Both the position numbers and the translations under genes were made by a program. A DNA stretch of 64,000 nt from a virus. The stretch is taken from IMG/VR virus record IMGVR_UViG_3300045988_080502, positions 1-64,000 of that record; one strand, given 5' to 3'. Numbering within the stretch: the first letter of the stretch is position 1; the number at the start of each line of letters is the position of its first letter. Shown here one piece after another: positions 39,228 to 50,603 of this stretch. The notes under the pieces are model-generated. The model was given only the letters and a program-made list of their open reading frames with translations, had not been told where the DNA came from and did not search any database.

Positions 39228-39941
39228 TTATAAACTCCAATCAATCGGTTCTCCACCCATAGAAAGCAGTAAATTATTTGCTGTTGAAAACGGTTTACTA
39301 CCTTTAAACGCAGGAGTTCCTTTACATGGTTTACTTACACTAAAAGGACTTGGATGGGAAGATAAAATATAAGCCTTCTTAATCAAATTCTCTCTGGCAA
39401 CTCCAGGTCCATCCCATACCATAGGACTAGAATTTAAATCTTTTAATAAATTCTGAGCATTAGCTCCCCATAACATAAAAACAATAGGTTGTGGCAAATG
39501 GGTTGCGGCTTTCAGCACCGCTGTTGTAAACCTACTCCATCCCCAATTAACACAGCTATTGGCTTGATGTTCATAGACAGTTAAACTTGCATTAAGAAGC
39601 AATACTCCTCTTTCTGCCCAAGATGTTAAATCTCCAGACTGCGGAATTGGAATCCCTAAATCGCTATTAAGCTCGCTAAAAATATTTCTTAAAGATGGTT
39701 GAATGGGGCTCCCATCAGAAATAGAAAATGCTAACCCGTTTGCTGCGCCTGGGGTATGATACGGGTCTTGTCCTACAATACAAACTTTTACATCTTCTGG
39801 ATGCGTAAGATTAAGCGCTCTAAAGATTTTATCCTATTCTGGAAATAAAATCTTTCCTTTAGAGCGCTCTTCTAAAGCATGATTTTCAAGTTGAACACTT
39901 AAATCCAGTGCCTCTTGAGGAAGAATTTCCGACCATTTCAC
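39228..39941 (-). CDS. ung: uracil-DNA glycosylase (family 1) with in-frame TAG at 39834-39836
   Basis: GTG start with RBS aaggagt. ILFPEQDKIFRAL (Q is TAG, aligns with the UNG PPQ block), VCIVGQDPYH, HPSPFS, GEPIDW. Confidence 0.8.
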
Positions 39942-39998
39942 TTTAGAAACACTCCTTTTATTATCTTTATAATAATATTATAATATATAAAAATCTAA

Positions 39999-40775
39999 TT
40001 ATTTCTTTTTGCTAAGTCTAGCAAGTTCATGGAAATGCGAGATTACTGAAAAATAAGTATCACAATAATGACAAGAATGACCGGGTATATTACATTTTTG
40101 CCCACAGTTTAAACGAGTTTTTGCAAATGTTTCTTTAAATGTTAGATTATTTCTTGCCGGTAAGCCATCAATAAGAAGATTTATGTCATAATTAAATGAA
40201 CCTCTATTATAGATATTAAACAGAGTATCTTCTTTTTCTAAATTAGGTTGCTTAAAATCTATTACATCAATAGCAGAATATAAATGGAGATCCTCTGGAC
40301 GAATAAAAAAACTTGAAGGTTTTCTTTCTGCGGATAGAGAGACATTAGGGGAAATGGTGGGTGATACTCTTATCTTAATATCTCCTTTAACCTTTTCTAA
40401 TAACTCCATTTGAAATCCTAGTGGTCCATCTATATAGATGTCACTAATCTTGGCCTCCCGCAATTCTTGAAAAGTTTCCCAATCAGTAACCGGGAACCGC
40501 AAATATCTATTATATCCCATATCTTTTAAATCATTTAATTGATATATGTTTCCGCATTGAATAGTGTAATCATTTGCTATTGTTTTAATTATCTCAACCT
40601 GCTCAGCCAATCTTGTTAATTGCACCTGAGTTAATTCATCTGGAATAATTATATTACACCTTTTATTTGGATTTTCTTTAAGAAATTTAATGATTGTTCC
40701 TAATTGATTGTAGGGGCAACGTATCTCTCCAGCCATTTTTATATTGCTGGAATGATAATTTACACTAAATATCAT
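39999..40775 (-). CDS. hypothetical protein (C-terminal Cys cluster)
   Basis: ORF. Confidence 0.4.
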   Translation of the reverse strand: MIFSVNYHSSNIKMAGEIRCPYNQLGTIIKFLKENPNKRCNIIIPDELTQVQLTRLAEQVEIIKTIANDYTIQCGNIYQLNDLKDMGYNRYLRFPVTDWETFQELREAKISDIYIDGPLGFQMELLEKVKGDIKIRVSPTISPNVSLSAERKPSSFFIRPEDLHLYSAIDVIDFKQPNLEKEDTLFNIYNRGSFNYDINLLIDGLPARNNLTFKETFAKTRLNCGQKCNIPGHSCHYCDTYFSVISHFHELARLSKKK

Positions 40776-41068
40776 TAAATAAGCCCTCCTTTATTTATAT
40801 ATTTATTATAGCATATAATAAAAAATCCGTCAATCTTGAGATGAAAATGCCAAATTGACACATCCTTTTGCTTTTGTTATAATAAATATATAAATAAAAA
40901 AGGAGTTTTAACTGTGGTTTTTATTATTATCGCTATTTGCGTAATATTATTCGCGGCATTTCATATTATGAATTTTCCAGGTGGCCCTTCTGGATTTGCA
41001 ATTTGTACTAAAGTATGGCTAAAAAGAAAGGTATCTACTTTTCGTAGATACCTTTCTAAAGGTTTTAA

Positions 41069-41509
41069 TTAGCCAATTCTGCGGTAAGCAGAGAGCTTCT
41101 TAGACTTTCCACCCTCAGTGGAAGCAGGAACACTTACGGTCTCCTTAGCAACACGATTGACCTCAGGAGAAGCAAGCTGGGTTAGACGAGCAGTAACCAT
41201 CTGAGCAGAAATGTCCTCGTCGTTCAAAGCCTTTACAATATCATTGATAGTCATAGGCTCATCACCAAGGACTTCATAAATCTTCTCGCGAAGAGCATCT
41301 CCCTCGACCTTCTTAGCAGCAGCTCTCTTAGCGGCAGCAGCAGCCTTATTGTCAAGCAACTCGACCTCGTGCTCGACGAACTCGCGCAGACTATCATAAG
41401 TAATTTCACTGGACTCGAGGACAAGACCCTCGTTCTCAGCGACAGACAAAATGCTCAAAATAGCATTATAATTGGCTTTCTTTGTGGGCTTCTTTACAGT
41501 GTTAGACAT
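41069..41509 (-). CDS. hypothetical protein
   Basis: ORF; Ala/Lys-rich region. Confidence 0.4.
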   Translation of the reverse strand: MSNTVKKPTKKANYNAILSILSVAENEGLVLESSEITYDSLREFVEHEVELLDNKAAAAAKRAAAKKVEGDALREKIYEVLGDEPMTINDIVKALNDEDISAQMVTARLTQLASPEVNRVAKETVSVPASTEGGKSKKLSAYRRIG

Positions 41510-42147
41510 AATTTAATCAATTCCTCTCTTGTTTTATTGTATTTATATTATATGATATTTTTTGAGTAAAGTCAAGAAAATTTCTTGTAATTTACAAAAC
41601 ACAATGGACTACATACCATTTAGGTTCTCGTGTAATGTTTAACGCGCCCAAAATGTTTTTAAGTTCACTGGTTTCAAGATTGTTATTAGAGAAAGTGATT
41701 TCTCTAATTGTCCCTTCTTCAACGTTATCGCCTACTTGAATACCAATTACAATATCTTCATCGTTATCATAGTAGTTAGCTCTGTGAATAAAATCGCAAT
41801 TTTTATCACAAAATTCATCATCCTTCTGATTTAAGATATTAATTTCGTCATTCTCAAGACGAACTCCATAAACGATTTTAGTAAAATAGCTAACGCTCAT
41901 TACAAGAAATCTCCTTTCCTACTTTCTATATTTATTATAACTTATTTTTTTGTTTTTTGCAAACCGATTCCTTGGCTGAAGTGGCAATTTTTATGTCAAA
42001 TATCTCTAATGAAAAGGATTAGATTTGTAATCCAACAAGTTGCGCAGATACTATATAAGACTGCGTGAAGTATTGTTGGTGAAGAATACAGAAGTATTAG
42101 AGACGAAAAGATAAGAAACATATATAGTATTAGCAGCAGAGTAGTTT

Positions 42148-42630
42148 TCATTTCATTTTAACCCATTCTTTATTTCTAGCTTTTTTATCGAGTAAGGTAG
42201 ACAAATCCGCAGGTTTCTTCATATGCCGGTCATCTCCATCGCGGAATTCATCCCAACCGAGCAGGAGATACTTTAGATGTTCAGGAGCATCATCAGGGAA
42301 AATATCGGTAGAAGCGATATACCAACCAATCCCTACGGCATATCTAGCTACGGACTCCCGCAGCCAATCTTCATCAGCAGCCTTATTCCCACGAATTACA
42401 AGAATAGGCCCATTGTCAAAGCCGCGAGCATGCTTTAGACCATCATAGCCTTTATCGGTATCAACAATCTTCTTACCATAGGCTTTTGCATATTCTGCAT
42501 CGCTGTAGTAGCGAACATCTCGATGATTCTTAGTATTTGGATGCTCTACAGTAACATAATATTTACCATTTTTAATAAAAGGCTCTTCAGTAATGCGCTT
42601 ATAGGACTGAAAACTAGGTGCAACAGGCAT
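42148..42630 (-). CDS. hypothetical protein
   Basis: ORF. Confidence 0.4.
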   Translation of the reverse strand: MPVAPSFQSYKRITEEPFIKNGKYYVTVEHPNTKNHRDVRYYSDAEYAKAYGKKIVDTDKGYDGLKHARGFDNGPILVIRGNKAADEDWLRESVARYAVGIGWYIASTDIFPDDAPEHLKYLLLGWDEFRDGDDRHMKKPADLSTLLDKKARNKEWVKMK

Positions 42631-43332
42631 AATTTAAACCTCCTTAATGATTTTCACGAAGTTCATCAAGAGCGTTCTTGCTCAAAGCAATACAGCCTTC
42701 GCAATCCCAGGGGATAATTTTTACAGAATTTAAATCTTCCTCGCCGTAGTAATCAGTTACATTTCTGAGGGCTTCAGCGAAGTTGTTACCATAGGTAATG
42801 CCCTGATAAGTCTTTACCTGAAACTCTTCAAACATTTCTACCTCGTATTCGTAGTAATTCTTCATCTTTTGATACTCCTTTCCTCATCTTCTATAATTAT
42901 TATATCATTATTTTTTAATTTTTGCAAAAGAAAAAGAGCTTCCTTTAAGGAAGCTCTTTGCTAGTTAATAAAGTTTTAAGATGCCTCTTCTTTGATTTTA
43001 TAATCATAATCAAGGTTTTTGAGAAATTCGCCAAAATCATATCCAGAAATAATTCTACCGAATTTTGCGATGAACTGAGTCTGCGCGAAAAGAATAGCAA
43101 GTCTATATGCCTCGTCCGCAATCATATACTCAGGAGTTTCTCTATCAATAGGGAAATGGCTCTCGAAAGTTTTATTTTCGATAGAACAAGTAATAATAGC
43201 AGTCATGGCATTTACTTCCTTTCTTATTTTATATATTTATTATATATTATAATAAATATAATTGCAACAAGAGAAAAATAGAAGATGCGTGTGTAGGCGA
43301 GATTGGAAATTCTCCAATCTCGCCTATTAGGA

Positions 43333-44196
43333 TTACTTAGATGTGTCTCCAGTGAGGAAGCTAAAAGGATTAGAGTTGCCCATCATAGCAGAAAGCATAA
43401 ACATTTTACCCATATCGTTTCCATTATTGCCATCATTATCGCCAAACACCATGCTTGCCATCATCATAGGCATGAGATTGCCAAAAGGCTGGTCAGGAGA
43501 AGGTGCAGTATTACCAAAGTTTACGATAGGCATAATCTTGGTAATAAAGTTAAAGCCAAAGGGATTAGAGGTGGGAATTACAGTTTTAACCTCAGACTCA
43601 AGGATATCAATGACTTCAATGTTACCTTCAGAAATTGACGAAACGAACATGGGGTGATGCTTATGGATAATCATGTCGCCTTCCTTTACAGCAGAAGCCG
43701 CGACAGGCATACGATATACCATATTCTGGAAGGTGAAAGTAAAACCAGTCACATCAATGGTCTGCTTAGAGGTAGGATTATAGGTAAAATATTCACCCTT
43801 AGAATTACGAATAGCCAAGCCATAAGGAGAAAAAGCTACCTCGTCCCCGCAAGGGCCGAAATCAATATTCATATTAAAAGAGGACTTATTGGGCTTAGGA
43901 TTAGTAGTAGCAGAATTAGAGTCAGTATACATTGCCTTTGTCAACCTTTCTTTCATAATACTTACAAAACCGTAAGTGACGGGAATGTCATAGTGAAAAG
44001 AGCCACTATTTAAGAGTAGAAAAATTTCTCCACAGCGAATTTTAGTTTCAACTTCAAAAGTTAATTCTGAGGAAGCTAATTTCTTTAATAGTCTCCACGA
44101 ATCATACGGAATTTTATAATATTCTGTTTTGGAATTAACTTTTTCTGTATATTTGTCAAGAATTGGGTCAATATCTTTAGAGCTAAGGCGATACAT
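43333..44196 (-). CDS. hypothetical protein
   Basis: ORF; Met/Gly/Asn-rich C-terminus. Confidence 0.4.
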   Translation of the reverse strand: MYRLSSKDIDPILDKYTEKVNSKTEYYKIPYDSWRLLKKLASSELTFEVETKIRCGEIFLLLNSGSFHYDIPVTYGFVSIMKERLTKAMYTDSNSATTNPKPNKSSFNMNIDFGPCGDEVAFSPYGLAIRNSKGEYFTYNPTSKQTIDVTGFTFTFQNMVYRMPVAASAVKEGDMIIHKHHPMFVSSISEGNIEVIDILESEVKTVIPTSNPFGFNFITKIMPIVNFGNTAPSPDQPFGNLMPMMMASMVFGDNDGNNGNDMGKMFMLSAMMGNSNPFSFLTGDTSK

Positions 44197-44198
44197 AA

Positions 44199-44801
44199 TT
44201 ATACCTTCAATCTCTTGTTAAGTTCAGCAATTAGCTCCTCATTAGTAAAGTCACTAAGAGACTTCTCATTTTTATCAAGAATGAAAGCCGGCGCCAGTCC
44301 GCCGCTGTAGTAGTAGCCGCTGCAGTTCGCAGAACCATCGCTGCTGACAAAGCAAACGCCGTTCGAGGCCCAATTATCTTTCTCAGGAGATCCCCAAGGG
44401 GTAACAAGCCAGAACCAATTCTTGATATGAGGAGTTAGAATATGATTATACTTGCGATATTCGTCGAAGGTAAGGGGTGCAACAGCGGTATTTAGCGAAC
44501 CATATCCTTTATATCCATCCATTGCGGTCAGGTCGACATCGCGCGGAATAGCCTTGATGCCAGTTTTCTTAAGCCAAGCCTCAGCGCCCTTCCGCAATGT
44601 ACTCTCTTTATAGTTATTAGAATTTCCAAAAACAAAATCAATTCCTACTTCAAGTGCAATTACGAAGGGGTTACCATCAATTTCGTCAAGAACAAGGCAC
44701 TTTACTCCATTTACAGTAATAGTCTTTCCAATCATATTTCTCTTCCTTTCTTTAATTAGAATACTCTTCAACCATTTGAGAAAGCATATCAATTTCATCA
44801 T
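44199..44801 (-). CDS. hypothetical protein
   Basis: ORF. Confidence 0.4.
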   Translation of the reverse strand: MMKLICFLKWLKSILIKERKRNMIGKTITVNGVKCLVLDEIDGNPFVIALEVGIDFVFGNSNNYKESTLRKGAEAWLKKTGIKAIPRDVDLTAMDGYKGYGSLNTAVAPLTFDEYRKYNHILTPHIKNWFWLVTPWGSPEKDNWASNGVCFVSSDGSANCSGYYYSGGLAPAFILDKNEKSLSDFTNEELIAELNKRLKV

Positions 44802-44946
44802 CTGTTATGTTATCAAAAAAGATACCGTATTTTGCGCAGATTTGAGCTTGCTGAGATGGATCGTTCATAGTCCATGGCTTTGAAGCTAATTCTCGAGCAG
44901 CCAGTTCAAAAGCGCCAGTGTATGCGAGAAATGACATATCCATATT

Positions 44947-45381
44947 TTACACCTCCTCTATAGAATCAAATTCATGAATTAAGATTGTTCCATCACTGAT
45001 TTTTTCTGCGCAAACAATGTGTTTAATTTCATATTTATTTTCATCGGGACAGTAAACAATATGTCCACTTTTTAGCAAGGAAAGAAAGTCACTTTGATAG
45101 TAAGTACGACCTCCGAACTCGTTGCAAATTTTAAGGCGAATTTTATATCCTTCATCAACAGAATAGAGATCTCTTACATTATTATCTACTTCGCATAACC
45201 GCCAAGTTGGGTCTCCATTATTAATGCTGACTCCAAGAACCGGAATAGGACTATAAGTTTCTTGAATAGCGAAGAATTTAGCTCTTTTGAGTTGGTCTGT
45301 ATCAGAAAAGCCGAGGAACTCGCAGATTCTTACAGTGGAGTTCTTATATCCTTCTGATTTAATCAGTTCACTAATCTTCAT
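44947..45381 (-). CDS. hypothetical protein
   Basis: ORF. Confidence 0.4.
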   Translation of the reverse strand: MKISELIKSEGYKNSTVRICEFLGFSDTDQLKRAKFFAIQETYSPIPVLGVSINNGDPTWRLCEVDNNVRDLYSVDEGYKIRLKICNEFGGRTYYQSDFLSLLKSGHIVYCPDENKYEIKHIVCAEKISDGTILIHEFDSIEEV

Positions 45382-45441
45382 AACTTTTACTTCCTTTCCT
45401 TAACTTTCTATATATATTATATAATAATTTTATAAAAAAAT

Positions 45442-45467
45442 AAAGACGCTCTTTTAAGAGCGTCTTT
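45442..45467 (-). terminator. intrinsic terminator
   Basis: aaagacgctctt/aagagcgtcttt stem with T-run. Confidence 0.55.
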
Positions 45468-45470
45468 ATT

Positions 45471-45983
45471 TTACTCAAGGTCGATTACATAATTCTCTTG
45501 GATAAATGAATCTTCTGGAATATAGATGGTATACTCGGTAGACCATGGCCCAAGCAGGAAATTCAAAACTGGGTTTTTAAAACGGATTTTGTTTTCTTCT
45601 ATGTATGGGGCATCATCTGTATTCTTAATATAGGACTGATCTGCCTCAATAGATTTGGCGGTTATACCTTTATCTGTTTGATACAGGAATGAGTAATAGA
45701 GCCCATCTTCTGTATAATAACGGCCTACGTAAGAACTAAAATTATCACTCAAAGCAGTAATAGAATATGTTTGAGTGGTTTTTGCAGAATAAGTTGCAGG
45801 TTCAATAAAAATAACAATACCACAAATTATAATCGCAAATAAGAAAGCGATAAACGCTGAAAGTACAACTCCGAGAATTGTAGAGAATAGATATTCTGCA
45901 AAAGAGTCACAGTCTTTATATAATACTATAAGCGATGTAACCATGAGTAATATAAAGAATCCAATAGCTAATGGCATGAGCAA
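45471..45983 (-). CDS. hypothetical membrane protein
   Basis: Two N-terminal hydrophobic helices. Confidence 0.4.
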   Translation of the reverse strand: MLMPLAIGFFILLMVTSLIVLYKDCDSFAEYLFSTILGVVLSAFIAFLFAIIICGIVIFIEPATYSAKTTQTYSITALSDNFSSYVGRYYTEDGLYYSFLYQTDKGITAKSIEADQSYIKNTDDAPYIEENKIRFKNPVLNFLLGPWSTEYTIYIPEDSFIQENYVIDLE

Positions 45984-46145
45984 AACCTCTTTTCTTATTT
46001 ATATAAATATATTACCATATTTTATTAAGATACGCAAGTAAATCTTATGGATTATAACGAACCGTCATAATTTCTCACGGATGCGGGAATTTTTTAGGCA
46101 GAGAAATTGGCAATCCCGCGGTAATTTTAATAAAATGGTCATAGA

Positions 46146-46240
46146 GGTATTTTTGTCCAAAATTTTCTAACGAGTGTCCAAAAATTTCTAATAAAGTGTC
46201 CGATTTTTTCTAATAACTTGTCCAAAATTTTCTAATGTAT
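46146..46240 (+). repeat. four direct repeats of ~22 bp (TGTCCAAAATTTTCTAA core), operator/iteron-like
   Basis: ttgtccaaaattttctaacgag, tgtccaaaaatttctaataaag, tgtccgattttttctaataact, tgtccaaaattttctaatgtat. Immediately upstream of the RHH gene. Confidence 0.6.
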
Positions 46241-46346
46241 TGATTGTTCTATTGTTTATAATTTTAGAAAAAAGTTTAACAAATTTTAGGACAAAACCAG
46301 AAAATTATGTTATAATAAAAGTAAAGAATAGTAGAGAGGTGATTTT

Positions 46347-46490
46347 ATGAATTATTCCACTGTTTCTGTTAGATTAACAGAGGAAGAGAAGAAAGATTTG
46401 GAAGTCTTTGCTAAGAGTTGTGATTTAACAATGTCTTAGGTAATTAGAAAGGCTGTTAAAGAATATATTGAGAAAAATAAAATAGACTAA
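46347..46490 (+). CDS. ribbon-helix-helix (CopG/Arc-like) DNA-binding protein with 1 TAG
   Basis: MNYSTVSVRLTEEEKKDLEVFAKSCDLTMSQVIRKAVKEYIEKNKID (Q is TAG at 46437). Confidence 0.65.
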
Positions 46491-46505
46491 AGGAGATTAA
46501 ACTAA

Positions 46506-46727
46506 ATGACTAATGATACTTATAAAGTTTTTACGGTAAAGTTAGCACGCAAACTTTGTGATCTTGGTTTTATTATTGTTGGAACTGTTCCTAATGTTTA
46601 GAAACCTTGGTTAAATGTTTATCTTTTTGAAGATAGTTAGGATTTAAGGGATGCAGTTTAGAAGTATAAAGGGATAAGTTCGCTATTGGAGGATGATTGC
46701 CATGGCAGACAAAAGAAGAAGTCCTAA
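46506..46727 (+). CDS. small hypothetical protein with 3 in-frame TAG
   Basis: Codon-by-codon frame check: TAGs at 46599, 46638 and 46659; TAA stop at 46725. Confidence 0.45.
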
Positions 46728-47091
46728 TTAGCGAACTATTAATCATATTCATAAGGAACCATGTGATACTAATAATATATATGCTAGGATTAATAAGGAA
46801 GCGTTATTTGCGGCCCGTAGAGAGTTGACAGATGGAGAGTTTTCTTTGTGGATATTTTTTGCTAGTCAATCTGAGAAGTTAATTGATTATGATTTTGGGC
46901 CTACTATTATAGAAAAAGAGCTTGGTATAAAGAGAGCGAAATATACAAGTGCAATAGATGGATTGGTAAAAAAGGGATATTTAGTTCCAGTTGAGAGAAA
47001 AGGATATTACGATTTTTACGAGATTCCTATTGATAGTGACGACGATAAGTATAATTATATAGCTCCAGATGGAGAGAAATTTTCTTTTTAA
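46702..47091 (+). CDS. hypothetical DNA-binding-like protein with 1 TAG (46729)
   Basis: ATG 46702 is in frame with track ORF 46825..47091. Confidence 0.45.
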
Positions 47092-47118
47092 TCGTATTTC
47101 TGCAATACTATAAAAAAA

Positions 47119-47420
47119 TTTCATGTATTTCTGAGAATACTATGATTTCATCATATTGTGAAAAAGCTATGAAATTTTCATGTATTTGTTGGAAAACGAT
47201 GAAATTGTTTTCATGGTATTCTGATAATACTATGAAATTAAATAAAAAGGATTTTCATAGCTTTCCAACAATACCATGTCATAGTATTCTGACAATACCA
47301 TGAAAGTAAATAAAAATCCATTTCATGGTATTCTGACAATACAACAAATATAACATATATTAGATAACAGAATTAAGATAACAGTCGCGACTTTTTCATG
47401 TATTTGTGAAAAAGCGATGA
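47119..47420 (+). repeat. array of ~6 related repeats with palindromic core CATGGTATTCTGACAATACCATG
   Basis: Units at ~47119, 47177, 47208, 47273, 47316 and 47393. Noncoding, between the plus-strand small genes. Confidence 0.6.
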
Positions 47421-47436
47421 GTAGGAGGATTAAGGC

Positions 47437-47703
47437 ATGGAAGTATTTAAACCGATTAAGGTAGAAAATTATCAATTCATGAAGAATGGATTAAATTAGT
47501 ATGAACCAGTATTAGTTTACTTTAAAGATGATGAAGAAGAAGGCAAGGTATATTTTGTAAAGAATAAATTTGATGATAAGTTAGAAGAATGGATGGAAGA
47601 GAATTTAAAGGTAGAAGGAAGAAGTAGAGTTATAGTAGATAAGTATAGATGTTTTTACTCAAGATTTAGAGGACTCTATAACCGATTTAGAAAAACGAAT
47701 TGA
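47437..47703 (+). CDS. hypothetical protein with 1 TAG (47497)
   Basis: RBS gtaggagga; frame verified to TGA at 47701. Confidence 0.45.
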
Positions 47704-47963
47704 AAAGTTAGAAGAAGGTTTTAGAGAAATCGAATTGAAAAATCGAGATAAAAATGGAGAGATATATGAAGGATAAGAGAGATAAATAGAACTGGATAGA
47801 GATGTAGATTATCTTTATATGAAGATTGAAAGAAATTAAAGGAAATTAAAAGAAGTTTATAAAATGATGGAGTTGGGTGCCGATCGGGTCTAGGTACGAA
47901 CCATCATAACACTCGTCACACCGATCGTAAACCTAGCCTTCCGCAATTATAATATATATAAAA

Positions 47964-47996
47964 AAGGAGAGAAGCTACAATACTTCTCTCTCCTTT
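47964..47996. terminator. bidirectional terminator hairpin between the plus-strand block and the minus gene 48013..48468
   Basis: aggagagaag ... cttctctctcct stem flanked by A/T runs. Confidence 0.5.
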
Positions 47997-48012
47997 AATC
48001 TTTTTCCTCTTG

Positions 48013-48468
48013 TTACTTTAAATGCTTCAAAAACTCCATAATACTATCTTCATCAGACTTAGTATTACCCTTAACCTGAGGCACACTCTTTGCGAGAGCA
48101 TCAGAAATAGAGTCAACAGCAATGTCAATTACTTCATCAAGACTCTTTGCATTGACTACTCGAGCGGAAGTCTTAGCAGTTACAGTCATAGCCTGCATAA
48201 ACTGCTTAATATCATTTGCTGTCCACTTAGGATTGCTCTTGCTATAAACCAGCGCAGCTACACGACCAACGTCCTCCTCAGTGAGAGACAAATCATCAAC
48301 ATTGCCATAAAAAGTAGACTCAATCTCATCCAGAAGAATATCTCGTTCATGGTCTGCGGCGTTAGCCTCGGAGATTCTATTCATAGCATCAGTAAATGCC
48401 TTTGCAATCTCCTCCTGAGTAGAACCATTCTGCATTGCATCACGAATCATAATCTCATAACTATTCAT
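48013..48468 (-). CDS. hypothetical protein
   Basis: ORF. Confidence 0.4.
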   Translation of the reverse strand: MNSYEIMIRDAMQNGSTQEEIAKAFTDAMNRISEANAADHERDILLDEIESTFYGNVDDLSLTEEDVGRVAALVYSKSNPKWTANDIKQFMQAMTVTAKTSARVVNAKSLDEVIDIAVDSISDALAKSVPQVKGNTKSDEDSIMEFLKHLK

Positions 48469-49552
48469 AATAAGTTCTTTTAGTTAGAAAAAGCGTTATG
48501 ATGCTTCTTAAACTAAAATCCTCCTTTTCTTTATCTTATGTATATATTATATTATATTTTTTATATATTGTCGAACCGATCGGGTCTAGATAAAAAGATC
48601 GCTTTAACGGAATCCCGCGGAAAAGATTTTTCCTTTTCAAATAGTTAGCAACATCTTTACTATTGTTTGCTGTATCTTTAATGGTTTTAATTCTGTGAAT
48701 ATCAAGAAATTTTGAGAAAAACGAGGCATTTTTTGCTTATTTTTAAGTAAATTTGTTAGAAAAACGCGCATTTTTGCAAGATTTTAGAGGTTTTTTGTTA
48801 TATTTTGCGATAACAAGAGGTAAAAGATCGCGGGCCGATCGGTTTATCTAGCTAAAATCTCTATTTTTGAGCTATTTTTTATCATAAAATCGTGTTAAAC
48901 CGATCGGTTCCGCGAAAGAAATCTCTGGTCGTATTTGTTTTTCATAGCTATATCTTTGCTATTGCTAGTTGTATTTTAGAAAGTTTTGGTACTGTGAATA
49001 CTTGACAATTTTAAGATTTTTATTATAAAAAATTGGACGAGAGAGCCAATATTGCGAGACCGATCGGAACTAGATAAAGGAAGAAGTAAAGTAGGGCCGA
49101 TCGGTGTTTGAAAGATGGCGTTATGAATTTTGGGAAAATTGCTATGAAGTTGCGTTATGGCCAAGTTGCTATGAAAATTTTGCGCTATGGTCCGATCGGG
49201 GAAATTCGGGCCGAGTCGCCCGCGACCGGCCCGTCGAGTTTAGAAAATATAAAATAAAAAGAGAGGCCAAAGCCTCTCTTTTCTTAATCCTCGTTTTCTA
49301 AATTGATTTCTCCTATACAGTTACACCGTATCGGAGATTCAAAAACAAATTCATCTCCATATCCAACGATAGTTATTTCTCCATACTTTTTACAATACTC
49401 GTCTATCTTTTCGATTAGACTATTCCAATCTTTCTCTTGCGCTTTTTGTTTTCTAAGTGCCACTTCTTTATAGGCGGTAGCACTCAACCATTGCAACTCC
49501 TCATCATTCAGTTTGTTGAAATCAATATCAACCATCTAAAAATCTCCTTTCT

Positions 49553-50041
49553 TTAATGAAAAATCTCAGCCGGAATTTCACTAAAAACTTGCTTAAATTG
49601 CTCCATAGTCAGTTCTCTTGCCGCTCTCTCGACCCTTTCTTTTGCCCAGTCGCAAACCATTTCACAAGAAATAAATTTAATTTCATACCCGGTAATGGCG
49701 TAGATTTTAGGCGACCACTCAAATCTTTTTGTATCAGCCATATTTCCAGTTAAAATCATATATTCGCCTGTGGCTTGATTTTCTTCTGACTGTTCAACCC
49801 AACATTGAACTATATTTTCAACATAGTTTTTCCCCGTTTTAACCGCTTCTTTTTCGGTTCGAGCATTGATTAAAAAGGTAGAAAGTATAATATCATCACA
49901 AAATGATACCGTAAATTTATAAGGCTTCTTAGAGAAAATACCCTTGCGACCTTCACACCAAAAGGTAACTTGAAAATTAACACGAAATTGTTTCAGACTT
50001 TCCATTTCTTTTATCTCCTTTCCATAGTTAAATGATACCAC
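49553..50041 (-). CDS. hypothetical protein
   Basis: ORF. Confidence 0.4.
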   Translation of the reverse strand: MVSFNYGKEIKEMESLKQFRVNFQVTFWCEGRKGIFSKKPYKFTVSFCDDIILSTFLINARTEKEAVKTGKNYVENIVQCWVEQSEENQATGEYMILTGNMADTKRFEWSPKIYAITGYEIKFISCEMVCDWAKERVERAARELTMEQFKQVFSEIPAEIFH

Positions 50042-50196
50042 ATTTTTGGGAGAAAGTCAAGCTGTCAAGTTGCACAGATTTTCAATTCAAAATTGTTGAA
50101 AATGACAATAGAAGAAAAAATCGGACCGCGGCGCACGCAAGCGGTCCGCCCAAAATTTTGCGTAAAAAAAATCTCCCCATAAGGGGAGATTTTTCT

Positions 50197-50550
50197 TTAA
50201 TTGAGAATTATCGGGTATGCCTTGCGAATAACCACCGTAACCATGGCCGGGGGAGTGTCGCACAAGAAACGGTCATTTCTGATAAAACGACCAATTCCCA
50301 TATTCTGCCACAAAGTCCGGTTTACATCCTCATATCGGAGGGTATTATACTTGGAAAGTTTGATATGCCAATCATAGATAAAGGAACCATCTTCCGACAT
50401 GGTGTAATCTGGAGCCCGCTTATAATTTCTCGTATGTTCTGCGGCTCTGCGCTCAAGATCATTTGTTGTGCCAATCTTGAGAATATAGCGCCCCTTTTTG
50501 TCGATATAATGTCCGACATATAGAAACTCTTTTCCCCTTGTCTGTAAACT
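50197..50550 (-). CDS. GIY-YIG-like (T5orf172-type) protein; start and frame uncertain
   Basis: Frame 3 reads EFLYVGHYIDKKGRYILKIGTTNDLERRAAEHTR (YVG...KIGTTNDLERR..H core) and continues into track ORF 50197..50400. Confidence 0.35.
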   Translation of the reverse strand, partial: SLQTRGKEFLYVGHYIDKKGRYILKIGTTNDLERRAAEHTRNYKRAPDYTMSEDGSFIYDWHIKLSKYNTLRYEDVNRTLWQNMGIGRFIRNDRFLCDTPPAMVTVVIRKAYPIILN

Positions 50551-50603
50551 AACTATAACTTACCTCTTTTCTGGTAGGGCCGGGGTAGGCCGACCCTACC
50601 ACG

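Larger units (their letters stand above)
47880..49210. repeat. dispersed GC-rich palindromes CCGATCGG (≥8 copies) in an ~1.3-kb mostly noncoding region
   Basis: Copies near 47881, 47922, 48571, 48839, 48901, 49055, 49096 and 49192, often flanked by TCTAG/CTAGA; GC-rich in an AT-rich genome. Confidence 0.55.

Noticed and set aside
47701-47703. TGA or TAA also recoded
   Set aside because: Recoded genes terminate cleanly at TGA (47701, 61911) or TAA (63087, 46725, 20869). No in-frame TGA or TAA are needed to restore any gene.
47880-49210. CCGATCGG repeat field as a CRISPR array
   Set aside because: The repeats are 8-bp palindromes at irregular spacing (40-260 nt). There are no uniform spacers or longer repeat units.
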